A stretch of 64,000 nt of DNA from an uncultured Fibrobacterota bacterium (GTDB lineage Bacteria > Fibrobacterota > Chitinivibrionia > Chitinivibrionales > FEN-1185): contig CAVSQB010000005.1 in assembly GCA_963729895.1 (NCBI GenBank), positions 160,001 through 224,000 of the forward strand, written 5' to 3'. This document shows, one piece after another, positions 58,385 through 64,000 of this stretch. Both the position numbers and the translations under genes were made by a program. The stretch's first letter is position 1, and the number at the start of each line of letters is the position of its first letter. The notes below the pieces were generated by a model. The model did not search any database. It worked only from the letters and a program-made list of their open reading frames with translations, and was not told the origin of the DNA.

Positions 58385-58732
58385 AGGGAAGAGGCCGGCT
58401 TTCGATGAGGCTGCCTGGCATGATTTGCTAAAACGCCTGATGAACTAATCAGTTTCAATTTTCCCGTTCAAGTCTAAGAAAGAGATTTGTTACTTTGATC
58501 CAAGTGAACGGCGAAATCTAATATAATGGATTGCCGTGAGCCGCAAAGAAATCGTGCCACAATCGGACAGCTATAATTGAATCCCCCAGCGGGCGACTGT
58601 AGACATGTCTTTTTCCATAGGGATGGAAGATTGCAGGCTGCTCACTGGGGTGTATCCCACAAGGGGACTCCAATGGTCGCATCCAGTCGTAATGGCGGTC
58701 ATCGCAGCTTGCTGCGAGTTCTTCAATATTCG

Positions 58733-59428
58733 TTAATCTGCAATGAGAGACGGAATTTCCCTTTTCTCAACCGTAAAACTTTTCACACTCCTTCCACGTT
58801 CTTCCCAGATGCGCCAGTATTGGGTCTTGGTGCCGAGGGGGATGTTTTCAACCGTAAGAGTTTCCCGCCCCATATCGCACCTGATAATGTCTTTCATGCA
58901 TTCGAAAAACAGGTTTGAGTCTGTGGCAAAAAAGAAGCGGCCGCCGGGGACCAGCGCGTTGTAGAGGGTTTGCAGAAATCGTCGCCGTCTCGCGTTAGCG
59001 CGCTCCTGGTGGTAATCCTTGGGAGGGTTGGGGAGTAGATAAAAGGCTGCTCTCACCGTATGAGGCCGCAAGAGCGGCAGCATCGCGTTGAAGTTTCCCC
59101 GGATGAATTTGATATTTTCCATATTTGATGCGGCGGCTTCCTTTATGGCGCAAAAAAGCGGCTTCCGTGACATGTCGATGCCGAGAAAATTGACATCAGG
59201 AAATGCCCTTGCCCGGCCGCACATAAGGGCGCCGGTCCCGCAGCCGAAGTCTATTTCCAACGGACGACCGTTGCCGAATAGTTCCGGTGATGTCAAGCCC
59301 GGGAAGCGGTGCGGTTCGCGGTGCAGGTCGCGCCCACACCAGTATCGCAGGTAGTTCGCGGTGCTCCGCTCGTCAGGCGGGTCGATACGGATTCGGGTCG
59401 GGTGTCGTCCTCTGGCCATGATTCCCAA
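58733..59428 (-). CDS. trmB: tRNA (guanine-N7)-methyltransferase TrmB-like
   Basis: PLEIDFGCGTG, FLGID, NIKFIRG, PNP, ATD and TQY motifs; start may be 59419. Confidence 0.7.
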   Translation of the reverse strand: MGIMARGRHPTRIRIDPPDERSTANYLRYWCGRDLHREPHRFPGLTSPELFGNGRPLEIDFGCGTGALMCGRARAFPDVNFLGIDMSRKPLFCAIKEAAASNMENIKFIRGNFNAMLPLLRPHTVRAAFYLLPNPPKDYHQERANARRRRFLQTLYNALVPGGRFFFATDSNLFFECMKDIIRCDMGRETLTVENIPLGTKTQYWRIWEERGRSVKSFTVEKREIPSLIAD

Positions 59429-59691
59429 AATACATTTGTCCGGCAGCGGCTGCGGTCAGACAATGGTGAATATCCGACGGCGTGCCGCGGGTCTGCAATC
59501 CCATACCGCAACCATTTACAAATTATGTATTTCTGGCCCGCAAAGCAACTCTTGCGGCATGGGGGCGCAGGCATAGGGACTGAACTGAAGCGAGAGATTC
59601 TTCTCATTCTTGCCAAAAGAATTCCCATTATGCGGAATTGTCCCGAAAGGTAAGACCCCGCGGCCGACGTGGCACCCATGGAAAGCCGGCA

Positions 59692-59706
59692 TGGCATAGG
59701 ATTTGC
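59692..59706 (+). promoter_or_regulatory. Candidate sigma54 -24/-12 promoter
   Basis: TGGCAT-AGGAT-TTGC has exact GG-N10-GC spacing, about 90 bp upstream of 59796. Confidence 0.55.
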
Positions 59707-59795
59707 CGTCTTGCTCTTAAATTGGAAAGTTTTTTCACGAGAATGTGCACAATCTCATTCTCTGCTGTAAAGTCGTTTTCCGAGAAGGAGGATTT

Positions 59796-60224
59796 ATGAA
59801 ACGGTTGATAGTTGCATTGGCCGCCGTCTTGGTTTGCTCGGCACCCTCATTTGCAAATCTGCACCACGGGTGGAAAGGCACTGTTCATCTCATTGCCGTT
59901 CCGTTTATTGCCGGCACCGGAATTTATTCTGATGTCAGGATATTGCAAACTGCGGACAGGGACTTCACCAGAGCGGGCGCTATCACGAACCTGAGTCTAT
60001 TGGGAGTTCAGGCGGCCTTGGGGGCGACGATTTTCGCGGGAGACAACGACCAGTCGCCGGTAATCAGGGTAGTCCACAGAATAGTAGGTGTTGCCGTTGT
60101 TGCTTCCGGATTTTGGATCAGCATTCAGGGTGCGCGTGATCCGGGAGTCCCGAATCTTACGCGAAACGTCTCCTACGCACACACAGTTCTTGCCTCCGCA
60201 CCTTTGATTTTGTTCACATTTTAG
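59796..60224 (+). CDS. Hypothetical exported/membrane protein
   Basis: GGAGG RBS, signal peptide and 3-4 hydrophobic segments. Confidence 0.65.
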   Translation: MKRLIVALAAVLVCSAPSFANLHHGWKGTVHLIAVPFIAGTGIYSDVRILQTADRDFTRAGAITNLSLLGVQAALGATIFAGDNDQSPVIRVVHRIVGVAVVASGFWISIQGARDPGVPNLTRNVSYAHTVLASAPLILFTF

Positions 60225-60439
60225 GATCTTTCGAGCCTTAAGGGGTTCGGATTACCTGGCTTTTATCCTCAAGCGTCAAGAGAGGCATTTCAAAATTTGA
60301 CTGTTATGCGCGTAAATGCCTATATTTCTTCCTGAAGAATGCTAACAATGAGAATCAATATTGTTAACAGTTTTTCTTCGACAAACGCGTATTCTTGTGG
60401 AGAAGATGGAACGTGATGATGAAGAGAAAGGGGAAGTGT

Positions 60440-60880
60440 ATGTATAAGGTAATTGTGGCCCTTATCTTTATTGCGTCAATCACAAATTTCGTTCTGGGCG
60501 ACAATGAGAAATATGCAATAGCCAATCAGGATACTGTTGCTGTTTTCAAGAACGAAAATCATTTGGCAGGTGAAGCCCCATTGTTCACCTTCGGCCGGCA
60601 GGACCGGCCTCTTATCATTGCAGCGGGCAGTAAAACCTATGAAATACAAAAGAACAATCTGGTAGGCTGGGTAGATAAGGAATTGGTTGCCGTTTCCTTC
60701 GGAAAAACCATGGTTTTTGACACAGCGAATGTGATGGGATATTTGGACAACCCGCCTGCGATCTATATTATTGATGCAAATAACCCTGCTGCACAACCGA
60801 TCAAGCTCGAACGGTCCTTTGCCATTGAAATACAGGAGAATGTTGATCGGGAGACTGTTGAGCGAGAAGCTGCAAGATAA
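60440..60880 (+). CDS. Hypothetical exported protein (SH3-like N-terminal part)
   Basis: Signal peptide; YEIQKNNLVGWV resembles an SH3b strand. Confidence 0.6.
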   Translation: MYKVIVALIFIASITNFVLGDNEKYAIANQDTVAVFKNENHLAGEAPLFTFGRQDRPLIIAAGSKTYEIQKNNLVGWVDKELVAVSFGKTMVFDTANVMGYLDNPPAIYIIDANNPAAQPIKLERSFAIEIQENVDRETVEREAAR

Positions 60881-60965
60881 GATTAGAGCGGAAAGCGGAA
60901 GGGAAAGCATGTCGGACCAATAGCGCAGCGAGAAGTTTTTGGTGAAACGAGATAACAGAGCTGTT

Positions 60966-62555
60966 ATGCCGCAGATGACATTTCGGGTGCGGTTTGTGCC
61001 GGTTCTTGTGATGTGCGTGTTCTCTTTGTCGCACGCGGCCAGCCTTTATGTTTCTGCTTTCGCAAGCACCGCCGGGGACGGCACTCTGGCTCACCCGTTT
61101 TCAACAATCCAGGCAGCCTCGGATTCCACCCATCCTGGAGACACTGTCTTTATCATGGACGGCACGTACACTAACAGTTGGTGGAACGGCACGGTCGTCA
61201 CTATCACCCGTTCCGGTTCTGCTTCCTCATGGATCGTTTACATCGCGTATCCGACCCACCATCCGAAACTGCAATTCAACGGCTGGGGGGGAATTTACAT
61301 CACCGGCGCAAGCTACATTGAAATCAACGGCCTCGAAATCATCGGTAACAACGCCGCCATGGATTCGGCGACGGCCTTTGCGGACAGGGCGGACGGCAAC
61401 AACTGTCTCACGTCAGGCAACGGGATCATGTCGTACCAGAACGGCGCGTCGCCGTACCCTCACCACATTGTCATTCGGAAGTGCACCGTGCACGAGTGCG
61501 GAGGCGGCGGCATCTCAACCCAGACAACAGATTACATCACCGTTGATGAGAATACCGTGTACAACAACGCCTGGTATTCTCCCTACGACTGCAGCGGAAT
61601 TTCGCTGGGTTGGAATTCCAACTACGACAATGACACCACGAACTACAGGGTCTTCGTCCGCGGCAATAGATGCTTTTCAAACAAGAATTGCATTCCTGCC
61701 ATCCAGGGGGGCGGCGTTCCTACCGACGGAGAAGGCATCATCATCGATGTCCAGGACGGGACCGCGGGGAACGTGCCGGCCTACACGGGGCGGATGCTGC
61801 TCGAAAACAACGTGGTATTCAACAACGGGGGAGACGGCATAACGCTTTTCAAGACTAATCACGTGGATGTCATCAATAACACTGCGTACCTCAACGACCA
61901 AACGTCTTCGATAAACCGGGGACAGATTTTTCCTAACCAGGGTAGGAACACAACACTGCTGAACAACATCATGTTTGCTCCTGCAGGCAGATATGTCCTC
62001 CAGGACTGCTGCCCGAACCAGAATCTCACCGTCGATTACAATCTGTATTGGACCAGTGGCGGCAGCCCTTCCGCTTCCCTGATCGGAAAAACCGGGACGC
62101 ATGACAAAAAAGCCGATCCGCTGTTTGTGAACCCTTCGTCCGACCCCCCGGTCGCGGATTTTCATCTTAAGGCTGCGAGCCCTGCCATTGACGCCGGAAC
62201 GTCCGCCGGCGCCCCGGCCACCGATTTCGACGGCAACCCGCGGCCTTCGGGAGGGAGCATTGACATTGGCGCATACGAATACGGCGCAGGCTCGCTCGTG
62301 AGGCCTGTGCGCACCGCCGGGGCGGCGGCATCTCGATCAATCGCGGTAGTCCCGAATCCCAGCGCCGGCAGCGTGCGCATCCGCCTCACCCTTCCCGGCG
62401 ACATTGCGGTATTCACGATGAGCGGTTCGCGCGTTGCCTCATTCACCAATGTTGCCGCAGCCGACTGGAAGCCAGCCTCGGCATCCGGCATGTACCTTGT
62501 CATGGCGACAGTCTACGGCGAGCTTGTGAGCACAAAGGTGCCGATGCTCAAATAG
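60966..62555 (+). CDS. Secreted beta-helix protein with canonical T9SS-type C-terminal domain
   Basis: GDGTLAHPFSTIQAA, PGDTVFIMDGTY, TDGEGIIID, DFHLKAASPAIDAG and DIGAYEY motifs; tail PNP...FTMSGSRV...SGMYLV...KVPMLK. Start uncertain (60939-60975). Confidence 0.85.
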   Translation: MPQMTFRVRFVPVLVMCVFSLSHAASLYVSAFASTAGDGTLAHPFSTIQAASDSTHPGDTVFIMDGTYTNSWWNGTVVTITRSGSASSWIVYIAYPTHHPKLQFNGWGGIYITGASYIEINGLEIIGNNAAMDSATAFADRADGNNCLTSGNGIMSYQNGASPYPHHIVIRKCTVHECGGGGISTQTTDYITVDENTVYNNAWYSPYDCSGISLGWNSNYDNDTTNYRVFVRGNRCFSNKNCIPAIQGGGVPTDGEGIIIDVQDGTAGNVPAYTGRMLLENNVVFNNGGDGITLFKTNHVDVINNTAYLNDQTSSINRGQIFPNQGRNTTLLNNIMFAPAGRYVLQDCCPNQNLTVDYNLYWTSGGSPSASLIGKTGTHDKKADPLFVNPSSDPPVADFHLKAASPAIDAGTSAGAPATDFDGNPRPSGGSIDIGAYEYGAGSLVRPVRTAGAAASRSIAVVPNPSAGSVRIRLTLPGDIAVFTMSGSRVASFTNVAAADWKPASASGMYLVMATVYGELVSTKVPMLK

Positions 62556-62587
62556 GATGCGTAGCTGAACGTCTGTCAAGATCCTCT

Positions 62588-63162
62588 TTGACCGCCGTGC
62601 CCGGCTCAAGCACCACCGGCGGGGGCCCGCTCTCTCCCGTTTATTACGCCTCATGGTTCGATGCCGTGCTGTTTTGCAACGTAAAAAGCAAGTTGGACGG
62701 CCTGGACACGGTCTATTCCCATGCCGCCGTATCCCAAAACCGGATGGGCCTTGACATCATGCTTGGCTGGAAAATCCGCCGGACATCGAAGGCCTCGATT
62801 CCTGGCCGGACATCGGCCAAATTTGTCTGGGAAACCTGGATTTCCTGCGGGTCCTTGCACAGTTTCTTGCGCAAAGACAGATACACCTCCTCATGGTCGT
62901 CACTCCCGAAAGCCCGTTTTACCGCAGCACGGCGGCTTATACCCGCTATGGCCCGCTGCGACAGGACGGCCAGACGCTCGTGGCAATGCTTGACACAATG
63001 ACATTCAACAACCTGTACTGCCATTTCTACGATGCAAATCAGGGCGGCAATCACGATTGCGCTGATTCCGAAGCGAGCGATTGGGACCGCCTGTGCGACG
63101 CGGGCGCACGAAAACTCAGCCAGCGGCTCGATTCGCTTATTCGCGTGATATTGAAATTTTGA
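62588..63162 (+). pseudogene. Decayed remnant resembling a Fibrobacterota TIGR02171-type FGE-sulfatase-domain protein
   Basis: An FGE/SUMF1-like fragment PVYYASWFDAVLFCN..SKLDGLDTVY is joined out of frame to a C-terminal fragment PESPFY...YDANQGGNHDC...GARKLSQRLDSL. Confidence 0.55.
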
Positions 63163-63314
63163 CTCGTTTCCGTTCCGGCCTCACGCGTGTGGTGCGCCAA
63201 CCCGCCAAAGCCCCCGCAGGCGGGCGCAATCGGCAATCAGTTCATAATTTTCTGTGTGACCGCCCGTGACAGATTTTAAATTGATAGCTTGTCTTTCTTC
63301 ATCCGGGAGCAACA

Positions 63315-64000
63315 ATGAAAGCGCTTATTCTCGCCGCGGGTTACGGAAACCGCATGCGGCCGCTCACCGACAACCTGCATAAGACCCTGATTGAAGTCGG
63401 CGGCAAACCCATTATCGACCGCATCATCGACGGTCTCACTGCCAACGACGTCAGAGATATTGTCGTGGTGACAGGCTACCGGCATGAGGAACTGCGAGAC
63501 CACCTGCTCAGGACCCACCCGTCTCTCAAATTTTCGTTTGTCCACAATGAACGTTATCGCGAAACCAATAATATTTTTTCCATGTCGCTGGCGCTGGAGT
63601 CCGTGGCGATCGACGACGACATCATCCTGATTGAATCGGACCTGGTGTTTCATCCCTCAGTCATCAGCCGCTTGCTGCGTAATCAGCACCCCACGGTTGC
63701 GCTCGTGGACCGCTTTCGCAGCGGTATGGACGGTACCGTGGTCGCGGTTGAAAACGGCGTGATCACTTCGGTGATCCCTCCTCACCTCCAATCGGACACG
63801 TTTGATTATTCCGACAAATATAAAACGCTCAATATCTACAAGTTTTCAAAGGCATTCTGCGCGACAACGTTTAAGAAGCTGCTGACCTACTACGCCACCA
63901 CGATAGACGCCAATTGCTACTATGAGCTTATTCTCGGGATCCTCATTTACATGCAGCGGGAAACCATCTATGCCGAGATCGTCGACGGAGAATCGTGGGC
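63315..64000 (+). CDS. NTP transferase (LicC-like sugar/choline-phosphate nucleotidyltransferase); partial, runs off the window
   Basis: Hand translation gives MKALILAAGYGNRMRPLT, VVTGY, TNNIFS and ESDL; GGGAG RBS. Confidence 0.88.
   Translation, partial: MKALILAAGYGNRMRPLTDNLHKTLIEVGGKPIIDRIIDGLTANDVRDIVVVTGYRHEELRDHLLRTHPSLKFSFVHNERYRETNNIFSMSLALESVAIDDDIILIESDLVFHPSVISRLLRNQHPTVALVDRFRSGMDGTVVAVENGVITSVIPPHLQSDTFDYSDKYKTLNIYKFSKAFCATTFKKLLTYYATTIDANCYYELILGILIYMQRETIYAEIVDGESW

Noticed and set aside
58410..58565. Sigma54-like TGGCA...TTGC motifs near the nusG-II gene
   Set aside because: GG-to-GC spacing is wrong on both candidates.
63195..63235. ops/JUMPstart element before the nucleotidyltransferase
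   Set aside because: GGCGGGCGC deviates from GGCGGTAG and is explained as one arm of a hairpin.

Overview
This is a GC-rich bacterial chromosomal segment. I infer a Fibrobacterota (Chitinivibrionia-like) anaerobe from the T9SS-type C-terminal tails, a TIGR02171-like remnant and the IorAB/PaaK genes. From left to right it holds: (1) a block of secreted or surface proteins (CBM-like protein, two beta-helix proteins of which one is frameshifted, OmpA protein, polytopic membrane protein, MORN lipoprotein, methyltransferase) ending at tRNA-Leu(TAA); (2) uvrB, an SGNH esterase, a steroid 5-alpha-reductase homolog beside a B12 radical SAM gene, and hrpB; (3) a ~16 kb aryl-acid cluster (amidohydrolase, iorAB, three PaaK-type CoA ligases, ACT protein, Liv-type ABC importer, an outer-membrane beta-barrel); (4) an accessory zone ending at tRNA-Pro(GGG), with a divergent PaaK-like ligase/MMPL/mscL unit whose MMPL is split by an IS3, a small 8-Cys exported peptide just upstream of a DsbA gene, LRR, Gly-rich and DUF2846 proteins, and a pentapeptide-repeat gene split by an IS5; (5) queH, an IspH-UbiA fusion, an ABC exporter, ApbE/NusG-II/Gx flavinylation genes, a trmB-like gene, a third beta-helix protein and the start of a nucleotidyltransferase. 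Two near-identical 1312-bp IS5 copies (CTAG target) and one 1198-bp IS3 are resolved to the base. I saw no CRISPR array, rRNA, integrase, phage gene or reverse transcriptase. The best novelty candidates are the disulfide-rich peptide plus DsbA pair, the candidate sigma54-driven ligase-MMPL unit, a variant C-terminal secretion tail, dense D-S/T-x sequons in exported proteins, and a switch-like RNA leader upstream of livK. All family names come from motif recognition by eye, not from database searches.
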